Assembly: GCA_000993275.1 (NCBI GenBank)
Contig: LBVV01000003.1
Location: forward strand, 1 to 60,040
Length of the DNA stretch: 60,040 nt
Direction: 5' to 3'
Source: a candidate division CPR2 bacterium GW2011_GWC2_39_10
Lineage (GTDB): Bacteria > Patescibacteriota > CPR2
Shown in pieces: positions 16,648-25,883 of the stretch (position 1 is its first letter; every line of letters begins with the position of its first letter). A program made the position numbers and the translations under genes. The notes under the pieces were generated by a model. That model had not been told where the DNA came from and made no database searches. It saw only the letters and a program-made list of their open reading frames with translations.

Positions 16648-17775
16648 TTATACACCTTTTTTCAAAACTAGTATCTGCCTACCGACAATTTGGTTTTCTC
16701 TTCGATATAATTCTTTGCCTAAAAGATCGAGTTCTTCAGGAACTAAGGGATCTAAAAATAATTTTCTATTACCCGGAACATAAAACGGGATGGCAATAAC
16801 GATGACACCTGAAGGTTTTAAAATTTTTGATAATTTAGCAAGGACTTTACTATAAAAATCTTTCAGTTGGCTAATCTCATTTTCAATTTCCACCTGTGTT
16901 GTTTTTTGTGTTTTGGGTTTGCCGAGGTATCCTTCGGAAACGATTAGCTCGAATTCGGCATTGCCCTCTAAACTTAGAACATCTTTCTCATCAATTTGGC
17001 AGCTAAAGTCTTTATCAAATTCTTTTTTGTACCAATCCAAATTCTTAAGACTATTTTGGGCGGCTTTTGCCGATATATCACTGCCATAGATATTTTTATA
17101 CCCTAGGTATGCTGCCATCATTAGCATCGTTCCGCTGCCGCAAAATGGATCTAGGAATTTAGTATTTGCGTAGGGCTTTACGCCCGACAAATTTATCATC
17201 ATCTGACAAAGTTTGGGCGGCATCATTCCGGAAAAAGCATCTGACGCCGGACGCCCATAATCCATCCTAGAATAGGTTTCAAAATCCTGAACCTTTAAAG
17301 TTTTGCCTATAAAATTCGAAACTCCGTCTTGAATAATGATAATTTCACCACCCTTTTTTAGAACTTTATTTTTATCAATTTCGACAGAGGAAAGGCTGGT
17401 GTTTTTAGGATAAAGAAAGCGGCTGTTTATTTTTTCTTCCTTAAACTCGGCTTTTATTTTCTTACCGAGCTCTATAACTATATTTTTTTTGGCAAATTGG
17501 CCGTACATGCTAATGCCAAAAACCACTTTCCCGCCAACATTAATTAAGCCTTTTAAATTGGTAGCGCTTAGGGCTTGATTAGTCAATTTCACCTCAAAAA
17601 GCTTAACTGAACCGCCCAGTAAATCAAAAAACTCTTCTTCGCTTTCAACAATTAAGATGTCATTTTGACAAAATATTACTTGATACGGACAATTATTAGC
17701 CTTATAAACGCCTTCAATTTCTGCCGCCGATAGCTTTGTTTCTCTTCCTAAAATATAGCCGTAAATTTTTTTCAT
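16648..17775 (-). CDS. SAM-dependent RNA/DNA methyltransferase, Trm11/UPF0020-like
   Basis: SAM motif I LDPFCGSGTMLMMAA. The start overlaps the rsmH stop by 4 nt. Confidence 0.6.
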   Translation of the reverse strand: MKKIYGYILGRETKLSAAEIEGVYKANNCPYQVIFCQNDILIVESEEEFFDLLGGSVKLFEVKLTNQALSATNLKGLINVGGKVVFGISMYGQFAKKNIVIELGKKIKAEFKEEKINSRFLYPKNTSLSSVEIDKNKVLKKGGEIIIIQDGVSNFIGKTLKVQDFETYSRMDYGRPASDAFSGMMPPKLCQMMINLSGVKPYANTKFLDPFCGSGTMLMMAAYLGYKNIYGSDISAKAAQNSLKNLDWYKKEFDKDFSCQIDEKDVLSLEGNAEFELIVSEGYLGKPKTQKTTQVEIENEISQLKDFYSKVLAKLSKILKPSGVIVIAIPFYVPGNRKLFLDPLVPEELDLLGKELYRRENQIVGRQILVLKKGV

Positions 17776-18719
17776 AATTTTTTTATTATCCTTAATTTGG
17801 CGCTTCTTGCGGCCGGATTTCTTCTTATCTCACTTTCAGTTGGTGAAACCGGTTTTTTAGTGACAAGTTCTGCAACGCTTGGCTCTTTTGGCAAACCAAA
17901 ACCGGGCTGATAATTTTCCGTTAAAGTTAGTTCCTTAAATATTTCCTTCACTAGCCTATCCTCTGTGGAATGAAAAGTAATAACAACCATTTTGCCGCCC
18001 GAACGTAAAAGTTTAAGACCGCCCCTAATTCCCTCTTTTATCACTCCAAGCTCATTATTTACTTCCATCCTAAGAGCTCTAAAAACATTTGCCGCCCATT
18101 TATTCTTCAAACTTTTGGCCCTATACGAGGGTGGGGTTCCGGCTTTAATAGCTTCTAAAAGATCATTAACGGTATTAAGCGGTCTTTTTCTCGCAATTTG
18201 GGAAGCAATACTTCTTGAATACTTTTCATCGCCTAATTTAAAAAACAGCTCGGCAAGTTCTTTTTCTTTCCATGTATTAACAATATCGGCTGCCATAAGG
18301 CCAACTTCCGGATTCATGCGCATGTCTAACGGTGCTTTTAAGTTTTCGGGGCTAGGGTAAAAACCGAAACCTCTTTCGGGCGTAAGGATTTGATGCATAG
18401 ATACGCCCAGGTCCAATAGAATACCATCAACTTTATCAATCTTTAATTCGGTAAGAATTTTGCCGATATCTCCAAAATTACCCTGAATTATTTTGGTATT
18501 CGCTTTGAAGCCGGAAAGCTTTTTTTCGGCCGCTTTTATTGCTTCTTGGTCCTGGTCTATGCCAACCAAAAGACCATTTGGCATAATTCTTTCTAAAATT
18601 AAACTAGCATGGCCGCCGCCGCCAAGCGTGCCATCCACAATAATATCCCCGGACTGGGGACCTAAATATTTTATAACCTCATAAGGCATAACAGATTCGT
18701 GAGTAAATTCAGTGCTCAT
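17772..18719 (-). CDS. rsmH: 16S rRNA (cytosine1402-N4)-methyltransferase
   Basis: HESVMPYEV...DGTLGGGGH...FHSTEDR signature of the MraW/RsmH family, 315 aa. Confidence 0.9.
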   Translation of the reverse strand: MSTEFTHESVMPYEVIKYLGPQSGDIIVDGTLGGGGHASLILERIMPNGLLVGIDQDQEAIKAAEKKLSGFKANTKIIQGNFGDIGKILTELKIDKVDGILLDLGVSMHQILTPERGFGFYPSPENLKAPLDMRMNPEVGLMAADIVNTWKEKELAELFFKLGDEKYSRSIASQIARKRPLNTVNDLLEAIKAGTPPSYRAKSLKNKWAANVFRALRMEVNNELGVIKEGIRGGLKLLRSGGKMVVITFHSTEDRLVKEIFKELTLTENYQPGFGLPKEPSVAELVTKKPVSPTESEIRRNPAARSAKLRIIKKL

Positions 18720-18845
18720 AATAAGCTTATTTTAGCATAAAAAAGGCAATAATAAAAATTTCAATTCCTAATTATCAATTTTCATGGAATATTCAAATGT
18801 TAAATTTCAAATTTGTTTTTTTTATATACAGTTAATTGATTTATT

Positions 18846-18870
18846 ATAAAAAGCCTCCGTAATTGGAGGC
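18846..18870 (-). terminator. Rho-independent terminator after the repeat-protein gene
   Basis: On the minus strand: GCCTCC-AATTAC-GGAGGC followed by TTTTTAT. Confidence 0.6.
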
Positions 18871-18949
18871 CTATGGTTTTTATTCTGTTTTATAAAGAGA
18901 AATACCGCAATTTGCAAAAGTAGGTTTATTATGTACACTTGCTTACTTC

Positions 18950-19684
18950 TTAAACCGTTTCCGGCATTTTAACAAATTTCTTAATCTTTCTTATTTCTAT
19001 GCCCTGTTCGTCTTGTCTGTCAACAACGGAGTTTAGTTTTCGCTCCATTCTTTCCTGACCGGATTCTAAGCTACCAACCCGCACATTTAATTCGGAAACA
19101 TTTTGTTTGAGAGAGGATATATCATCTTCAATTCTAGTAATATGCGGTAGAATTAATTGATCTACACCCTCGTTAAAAACATTAATCATTCGACTTTCTA
19201 AAATTTCAGACTGTTCCTTAAAACGGGTATCTGTCAGCTTGGTCTGTTCCTTAAAACGAGTATCTGTCAGCTTGGTCTGTTCCTTAAAACGAGTATCTAT
19301 AACCTGTCCGAAATGCTTGGTCTGTTCCTTAAAACGAGTATCTATAACCTGTCCGAAATGCTTGGCCTGTTCTTGGAAACGCGTATCTATAACCTGTCCG
19401 AAATGCTTGGCCTGTTCTTGGAAGCGGGTATCCATTACTTTATTTAAATTCTCAGACTGTTCCTTAAAACGGATATCCATCACTTTACTAAAAGTATCTG
19501 ACTGCTCTTGGAGGCGTGCATCCATCACTTTACTAAAATTCTCAGATTGTTCCTCAAAACGAACATCCATAACCTGATCAAAATGATTGGACTGTTCTTG
19601 TAAACGATTATCTATAACCTGACCTAGATTCTCTACCTGTTTTGCCAATAGCTCTTCAATTATTTTCTTATCTTTTATATCCAT
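18950..19684 (-). CDS. Tandem-repeat coiled-coil protein of unknown function
   Basis: Eight or nine 15-aa repeats (consensus F-x-Q-V-[MI]-D-T-R-F-x-E-Q-x-K-H) plus two 11-aa repeats, then a heptad-like C-terminus. The likely start is MDIKDKK at 19684. Confidence 0.65.
   Translation of the reverse strand: MDIKDKKIIEELLAKQVENLGQVIDNRLQEQSNHFDQVMDVRFEEQSENFSKVMDARLQEQSDTFSKVMDIRFKEQSENLNKVMDTRFQEQAKHFGQVIDTRFQEQAKHFGQVIDTRFKEQTKHFGQVIDTRFKEQTKLTDTRFKEQTKLTDTRFKEQSEILESRMINVFNEGVDQLILPHITRIEDDISSLKQNVSELNVRVGSLESGQERMERKLNSVVDRQDEQGIEIRKIKKFVKMPETV
19195..19640. repeat. Coding tandem repeat, 45-nt period (plus two 33-nt units)
   Basis: Near-identical units ggtctgttccttaaaacgagtatctataacctgtccgaaatgctt at 19239-19430, with more diverged units to ~19640. 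Confidence 0.9.
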
Positions 19685-19919
19685 ATAAATAATATACGCG
19701 CCAGCAACATAATCGTCAACGATAATGATAAAAAATTCTAAGCACCAAATTCTAAACAATATTTAATGATCAAAATTCAAAACGTTTTAGATTTATTATT
19801 TTGAAATTGTTTAGGATTTCGATATTAGGATTTAGGATTTCATTTGGCATTTGGCATTAGCCATTACTGTTTACTGTTTATTGTTTCCTGGTTCCTAATT
19901 CCTGAGGTATAATGTATCC

Positions 19920-20867
19920 ATGAGCACCGCCGATCTTATTACCGATTTTTTGGAATATTGCGAGCTGGAAAAAAATCATTCAGAGCTGACGATCTTAAAT
20001 TATGAACATTATTTAAGACGTTTCTTAGAATTTGCCGGAAAAAAGATTGGCGACAATTTTGGACCGGAAAAAATTGATTTGGACTTAGTGCGCTCCTACC
20101 GTCTCTTTTTAAATAGATATACCGACCAATACGGCCGTAACTTAAAAAAGATTACGCAAAATTACCACATTATTGCTTTAAGGGCTTTCCTTAAATATCT
20201 GGTAAAGCGTGATATTAAAAGTTTGTCGGCCGAAAAATTAGAACTTGGAGACGCCAAGAAAAAGCAGATCGATTTTTTGGAGTTTGACGAAGTGACAAAA
20301 CTTTTGGATGCACCTTTCTTGGATAAAAAACAGGACAATGAGCATATAAAAACTAGAGATAAGGCAATTTTAGAAATGCTTTTTTCCACCGGCCTCCGAG
20401 TTTCGGAACTTGTCGGTTTAAATATAAGCCAAGTCAACTTAGACAGAGGCGAATTTATGGTTAGGGGAAAAGGCTCGAAAGACCGGGTTGTTTTTATGTC
20501 GGATGACGCCAAACATTGGGTAAATGAATATCTAAAATTAAGGAATGATGAATATAAGCCGCTTTTTATTAGAGCTTTGACAGGAAAATACCAAGAAGAG
20601 GATGGTGAGTATTTTAGACTAACCGCCCGCAGTGTCCAAAGATTAGTTAAATACTATACCAAGCTTTCCGGCATTATCAAAACCGTTACACCCCATACGC
20701 TTAGGCATAGTTACGCCACAGATTTGCTTATAAACGGGGCAGATATTAGGTCGGTTCAATCTATGCTTGGCCACTCATCAATTACCACCACCCAAATTTA
20801 CACCCACATCACCAACCAACAACTAAGAGACGTGCACAAAGCTTTCCATGGGAAGAGAAGAAGCTAA
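19920..20867 (+). CDS. Tyrosine site-specific recombinase, XerC/XerD-like
   Basis: C-terminal catalytic pattern HTLRHSYATDLL ... GHSSITTTQIYTH, an N-terminal SAM-like core-binding domain, 315 aa. Confidence 0.85.
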   Translation: MSTADLITDFLEYCELEKNHSELTILNYEHYLRRFLEFAGKKIGDNFGPEKIDLDLVRSYRLFLNRYTDQYGRNLKKITQNYHIIALRAFLKYLVKRDIKSLSAEKLELGDAKKKQIDFLEFDEVTKLLDAPFLDKKQDNEHIKTRDKAILEMLFSTGLRVSELVGLNISQVNLDRGEFMVRGKGSKDRVVFMSDDAKHWVNEYLKLRNDEYKPLFIRALTGKYQEEDGEYFRLTARSVQRLVKYYTKLSGIIKTVTPHTLRHSYATDLLINGADIRSVQSMLGHSSITTTQIYTHITNQQLRDVHKAFHGKRRS

Positions 20868-21127
20868 CCTACCTTCAGTAGGAATTAAAAATTCCAAATG
20901 TCAAATAACAAATGAAGTCCGATGACTAAATATCAGAACAAAATAATGATGAAATAGCCGCGATCGCGCAAATAACATCATTATATCAATAAATTCTAAT
21001 GCCAAATATCTGCTGCTTCGATATGTCAATTCACCCATCGACCTATTAACCCATCAGCCCACTTTAAAAAAACACTTAAACTATTCTTTACTATTTAGTA
21101 CAATGGTATTAGTAAAAAAAGTGCAAA

Positions 21128-21745
21128 ATGTCCGATTACAAAAAACAAGGAGGGTATACAATCATCGAGCTATTGGTTGTTATTAGTATTTTTGCTGTGC
21201 TCTCTGCCGTTATCGGTTCAACTTTTCTTGCTTCCAGAAGAAATGAATACGTATTAGAACAAGCGGCGCAGGAATTAGCAGCCGAAATTAGACTAGTACA
21301 ATCTGAAGCGATGGCCGTTAAAAGATTTCAAAAGGGTGGCTCAACTGTTACAGCCAAAGCTGTTGCTATGACAATAAAAACTGGGAGTTATGATCCCGAA
21401 ATTTATTGGATTAATTCCACAGATCCTTCAAATCCATGTCCAACAATGACTTCAAACTTCACCAAAGTAAGAAGTTTGGCCTTATCCAATAGAGCAAACA
21501 TTCAAAACATAAAAAGCGCAGGCCTTTCCATTCCGCAAATATATATGGTTTATACCTCTCCTTTTGGTAAATATACCGGCATTGAATCTGCCACAGAACC
21601 TTCTTTTATGGATGATATAAATAATAGTTGCAAACCTACAGGATCGATAAGTAAGAATGTCAAAATTACGCTGGAAAGCGCAGGCAAGGAGTTAGATATA
21701 TTTCTTGATAACGATACCGGTTCGGTATCTGTTGGAGGAATATAA
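21128..21745 (+). CDS. Minor (pseudo)pilin with prepilin-type N-terminal signal
   Basis: KKQGG/YTIIELLVVISIFAVL, with Glu at +5. Confidence 0.75.
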   Translation: MSDYKKQGGYTIIELLVVISIFAVLSAVIGSTFLASRRNEYVLEQAAQELAAEIRLVQSEAMAVKRFQKGGSTVTAKAVAMTIKTGSYDPEIYWINSTDPSNPCPTMTSNFTKVRSLALSNRANIQNIKSAGLSIPQIYMVYTSPFGKYTGIESATEPSFMDDINNSCKPTGSISKNVKITLESAGKELDIFLDNDTGSVSVGGI

Positions 21746-21748
21746 TAA

Positions 21749-22288
21749 ATGAATAAGAATATTAGAGGTCTTACAATACTTGAAGTTGTTATAGCCACCA
21801 GCATTTTGGGAATCACGCTGGCAAGCACTATAATGGTTATGTCCAGAATAGCCGGATTTGGTTCCGGCAACGAAGCAAGATCACTATCAATTAACTATGC
21901 TCAAGAAGCTGTAGATGCAATTAAAAACATTAGAGACAATGAATACTGCATGTTCTTTAATGCGGATGCGGGGACAAAATATGAAAATGGTTATTTCGAC
22001 CTAACCAGGGATGCGACCACTAATCAATGGGCACTAACTAGGATTAACCCTCAACCGGCAGCAGCTAATGCTTTTAGGGACATACAGGGTATGGATGGGG
22101 CCGACAATAGAATGAGGCAAGCCGTTGGCATGGACACGCCTAATACCACCGGAAGACGCATAAATATCGATTCAATTACTGGGGGCAGAAGAATCACTAT
22201 TGATATAAGCTGGAAGCCAAAAGGCATGCCGCAACAAACTTATACGACGGTAAGCGATATTTATAAATGGAAATACTATGATCAATAA
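21749..22288 (+). CDS. Minor pilin (PilV-like)
   Basis: NIRG/LTILEVVIATSILGI prepilin signal. Confidence 0.7.
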   Translation: MNKNIRGLTILEVVIATSILGITLASTIMVMSRIAGFGSGNEARSLSINYAQEAVDAIKNIRDNEYCMFFNADAGTKYENGYFDLTRDATTNQWALTRINPQPAAANAFRDIQGMDGADNRMRQAVGMDTPNTTGRRINIDSITGGRRITIDISWKPKGMPQQTYTTVSDIYKWKYYDQ

Positions 22289-22880
22289 CAAAAAACTTAA
22301 TGGCTTTACAATTGTGGAAACGGTAACAGCAATCGGCATTTTTTGCATTATTGTAACTCTAGCTATGACTTTTTATGTTAATGCTGCCAAAATATATATC
22401 GGGAGTTTATCTGCCAGAGAAGCCGAAGAAAATGTAAGAAATTCACTGGAAGTAATTTCCAGACATATAAGAGACGGCCGAAGCGTAAACAGCATGGCTA
22501 TAGGCAGCACAGAAGGAAATATTTCCATTAATTCAGTCGATTCTAATGGCACTCTTTACACGGTGGATATAAAAAAGCTTTGCAAGGCAGCGCCGGGCCG
22601 AACTGATTTTGATTGTAATGGAGCTAATGAGTCCAGGGGCTATATTTCGATTAATAACTCTTCATCGCCAGGATCGACAATGAAATTAACAGCCGATACT
22701 TTAAATATTACCGAATTTAAAATCACTCCGTCCGCCGGCACTCCGTTACTTTTTAACATTACAATTAAAGGACAGATAGAAGAGGCCTTGGCAAACGGCG
22801 ATTCACTAGAGAAAGGCGCTAGAGGAGAAGGCTATGTTGAAATGTCGACCAGCGTTGCCATGAAAGGACAATATCGATAA
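22278..22880 (+). CDS. Minor pilin (PilW-like)
   Basis: KLNG/FTIVETVTAIGIFCII prepilin signal. It overlaps the upstream gene. Confidence 0.7.
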   Translation: MINNKKLNGFTIVETVTAIGIFCIIVTLAMTFYVNAAKIYIGSLSAREAEENVRNSLEVISRHIRDGRSVNSMAIGSTEGNISINSVDSNGTLYTVDIKKLCKAAPGRTDFDCNGANESRGYISINNSSSPGSTMKLTADTLNITEFKITPSAGTPLLFNITIKGQIEEALANGDSLEKGARGEGYVEMSTSVAMKGQYR

Positions 22881-23932
22881 TGTGCCAAAATATCACTACA
22901 AAAAAAGATTCTCTATCCACCGGCTTCGCCCTAATTTGGGTCATGTTCTTTTCGGCCATTTTAATTACAATAACAACCACCATGTCAATTTTAGTTACCA
23001 AGAATTCCCGCATCACGGCTAATTACGACGAATCCGGCCGCGCCTACATGGCTGCCGAATCCGGGATTGAACGGGGTATTTTCGAAGTAAATGATAAAAT
23101 TAAGGGCAATATTGCATGGGATTGTTCGGGCATTATTCCAATAACCAGCGGGGATATAGACCCAGATGCAAATATGGAACTAAGGTATAACATCACTTTT
23201 CCAAAATGCACATATACTGCATCTACTGGAGAACGAGAGGTGATTATTGAAAGCAGAGGCGTTTCGGGAATTAATGGCCAGCAAAACTCAATTAGGACTA
23301 TAAGACAAAGAATTTTTATGTCCGATCCAAATCAACCGGTAAACAAATTCGATGTTTCTCCCGCATTTTCCGGTTTCCCGAGCCGTTATTATCCTATAGA
23401 AATAACGGGTTCACAACCTTCTGCCAAAAGCATAACTCAGCAATTTGATATTTCCGGTCTAAACACATTAAATGGTCAGGTAACCATTGGGATGAGTGAC
23501 AGCAATACAGGCATCAGCCCGACGAGGGTCGAATTAAATGTATCGACAGTTGGATTAAACGCTAGATTCACATTATCTGGACAGATAAACGCTTTATCCC
23601 CGTTATTATTATTAAATCCCACCGTGGATGCTCCATTGGCAAATAGCTATAGAGTAAAGATGGAATACGTGAGATACCCAGGATATACGGTTGTAAGGGC
23701 AATTATTTTAAAGAAGGACAACACGGGCAACACTACAACCTACAGATGTCCATTACGCACTAGCAACTATTTACTTTACGGATATGCAAACGCCAGAGGC
23801 TTAGATCCAAATTATAATATACTATATGGCACAAACCGGGAATGGAAACAAGGAACTTCTACCGTTGATGCGCATATCCGTTTTCAAAATGATGTTAAAA
23901 TAGACAACATGACCTACTGGATTATCGATTAG
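22880..23932 (+). CDS. PilX-like / tip-associated minor pilin candidate
   Basis: Hydrophobic N-terminal segment STGFALIWVMFFSAILITI without Glu+5. It is the fourth gene of the minor-pilin operon. Confidence 0.5.
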   Translation: MCQNITTKKDSLSTGFALIWVMFFSAILITITTTMSILVTKNSRITANYDESGRAYMAAESGIERGIFEVNDKIKGNIAWDCSGIIPITSGDIDPDANMELRYNITFPKCTYTASTGEREVIIESRGVSGINGQQNSIRTIRQRIFMSDPNQPVNKFDVSPAFSGFPSRYYPIEITGSQPSAKSITQQFDISGLNTLNGQVTIGMSDSNTGISPTRVELNVSTVGLNARFTLSGQINALSPLLLLNPTVDAPLANSYRVKMEYVRYPGYTVVRAIILKKDNTGNTTTYRCPLRTSNYLLYGYANARGLDPNYNILYGTNREWKQGTSTVDAHIRFQNDVKIDNMTYWIID

Positions 23933-23968
23933 CACCTTGCTGTCTATTTCTATTTTTGTAATCTTTCT

Positions 23969-24176
23969 AGCTGCTCCCTTCCCACTGTCGCATGATATTC
24001 TTCCCAGACGGGTCGTATTGCGAGCCCTTCGACCTTGCTCAGGATAAACTTCGTGAAACGAAGCCCTAAAGTACCAAAAAATTCAAGTTCTCCACCTGTC
24101 TCGCTTAAGCGAAGCCAAGGCGGACCCTCTGCGAGGAGTCGAACAATATATCTATGGTTTAGCGGGAAGGAGCAGG
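23969..24176 (+). repeat. Structured ~208-nt intergenic element closed by a 12-13-bp outer stem; its core is repeated at 35631-35736
   Basis: Outer inverted repeat AGCTGCTCCCTTCCC (23969-23983) with GGGAAGGAGCAG (24164-24175). The core TTCTTCCCAGACGGGTCGTAT..CGAGCCCTTCGACCTTGCTCAGGATAAACTTCGTGAAACGAAGCCC recurs inverted at 35631-35736. Confidence 0.75.
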
Positions 24177-24278
24177 GTCACTAGCGTGCGGTTTAATTCT
24201 CAATTAAATACAAATCGCTTCTAACTGTAAGCACAACTGATTTGGTGACATGACTATTAACTCAAATTTTGAGACATA

Positions 24279-24317
24279 AAAGACAAAAGAGAGCTTTTAA
24301 AACTCTCTTTTGTCTTT
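24279..24317. terminator. Bidirectional terminator between convergent pilus operons
   Basis: Perfect 15-bp stem AAAGACAAAAGAGAG / CTCTCTTTTGTCTTT with a 9-nt loop. Confidence 0.75.
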
Positions 24318-24331
24318 CTTAAATAGAAATT

Positions 24332-25876
24332 CTAATCTGAGATCTCGTTTTGTTGACCTTCTGATGCCATAAAGGCTTCTATCGGACCGTTAGATAAATC
24401 ACAAGATGTTTCAACGGTCATACCTTTAATTGGGTTGCCAGAACGAATATATAATGCACTATCTCTATCGCTTGATGGTCCCAGTATTCCATTCCATTCA
24501 TTATCAGTGTATGTAAGGCCTGGGGCAAACTGATCCGGAATAAGCCTTACATATAATTTTGGCTCAAATTTCCCTGCCTTAGCATAAGTATAATCTACCT
24601 TTGTGGTATACTCGCTGGCTGGGCGCCAATCCATATCAGGCTGAGATAGATCGCTGTCGCTGTAATCAAGCTTCCATTCATATAGTTTATACATGAAATT
24701 ATGAGCCGGTTTAAGATGCCAAGCATATTTAGCTACATTTCTGGACCTTGTGCATCCCCGGCAGCGCCTAGTAACACGATCTCTGGTACAGCAAGGACTC
24801 CAATACGACTCACTATCCCAGTGATCAAATTCCCAATGTTCGTCTATCCATTTCCCGGTACCGCTACTAGAAAGCGTAAATTGTACCGGAAGCCCAATTG
24901 TGCCCGCTTTAGGGCTAACAGTTAAATTGCAACTTACATCATAAGAAGAAGAGCCACTGGACGCACTACCGGAATATACGGCTACGTAAGTTGTTGTCGA
25001 ACCGGCGCCTCCAAGTAAAATTTGGACTGTTCCTCCGCCCTTATTTAAAGCAATTACCCCCGATCCGGGTTCAACAATCCAATTCTGAAATGTATTTGTT
25101 CCGTAAGTAATAGGAGCAATAAGATCAGCTCTTTTAAAAAGAGAACTCCTTACGGTATATCTTGTTGTTCCGCCAAAACCAGCGTTAGGACTGGTAATCC
25201 CCACACTAATATCACTGCCCCCCTGAATTCTAGCCTTAACCACCGCTGTTGCTATCGGGGCAGGTGCCGCAAATTCAGCATAGAATAACCCCCCCTCCAT
25301 ATTGACTATGCCGGAAGTTGTTTCCCTATAATTTTTATCCGCATCGCTAGCCATTATTACCTGGGTATTGCCTGTACTTGTGCTATCAACATAATAAAAC
25401 GTAAATCCTCTATAGGTATAGCCAGCGGGCAAATTATTGCCTGCGAGCACTTCCAACTTTACCTCAAAAGGGTTATTCGAACAAATTAGCTTTGGAATAT
25501 CATTAACCCACCTACCCTCCTGACCAGGAGTACCTGAGGCACAAATTTCCGCCCTGGTTTTGCCTCCATCGGTGTCGGGGGCCGGGCCCGGCAAGTAATA
25601 GTATCCGTGAGTAGCGGATCCATCGGCATTTTTTGTATATATAGCCTTCCAACCAAATTTTCTGGCATTGCAGGCAAGCTGGGAAGTAAAGGTTACCCTG
25701 TAGCCTAATACATTGTGAACATTGCCGCCGGCATCCTCAAAAACAACATTAAAATTACTGGGATCAACCTGAAAAGCTTCCGCATACGCCTTGTTTGCCG
25801 ACATCATAAAAATAGCTCCTGCCGCAAATATAGTAATGACCACTAGATAAAGTTTAACCGCTTTAAGTTTTTTCAT
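24332..25876 (-). CDS. Secreted protein with a C-terminal PKD-like domain; last gene of the pilus operon
   Basis: Signal peptide MKKLKAVKLYLVVITIFAAGAIFMMSANKAYA. PKD-like strands (PKAGTIGLPVQFTLSSSG ... YEWKLDYSDSD ... YTYAKAGKFEPKLYVRL) are interrupted by a Cys/Arg-rich insert. Confidence 0.55.
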   Translation of the reverse strand: MKKLKAVKLYLVVITIFAAGAIFMMSANKAYAEAFQVDPSNFNVVFEDAGGNVHNVLGYRVTFTSQLACNARKFGWKAIYTKNADGSATHGYYYLPGPAPDTDGGKTRAEICASGTPGQEGRWVNDIPKLICSNNPFEVKLEVLAGNNLPAGYTYRGFTFYYVDSTSTGNTQVIMASDADKNYRETTSGIVNMEGGLFYAEFAAPAPIATAVVKARIQGGSDISVGITSPNAGFGGTTRYTVRSSLFKRADLIAPITYGTNTFQNWIVEPGSGVIALNKGGGTVQILLGGAGSTTTYVAVYSGSASSGSSSYDVSCNLTVSPKAGTIGLPVQFTLSSSGTGKWIDEHWEFDHWDSESYWSPCCTRDRVTRRCRGCTRSRNVAKYAWHLKPAHNFMYKLYEWKLDYSDSDLSQPDMDWRPASEYTTKVDYTYAKAGKFEPKLYVRLIPDQFAPGLTYTDNEWNGILGPSSDRDSALYIRSGNPIKGMTVETSCDLSNGPIEAFMASEGQQNEISD

Positions 25877-25883
25877 ATAATCC

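Noticed and set aside
19195-19640. A regularly spaced direct repeat block that could be mistaken for a CRISPR array.
   Set aside because: The 45-nt period has no unique spacers. It lies wholly inside a long ORF and translates into a clean 15-aa protein repeat, so it is a coding tandem repeat.
20950-20995. The palindrome ATAATGATG…GCGATCGC…CATCATTAT upstream of the minor-pilin operon, considered as an operator or a Xer (dif-like) site.
   Set aside because: It is a single occurrence with no resemblance to the 28-bp dif architecture, and no second half-site spacing is typical of Xer sites. The evidence is insufficient.
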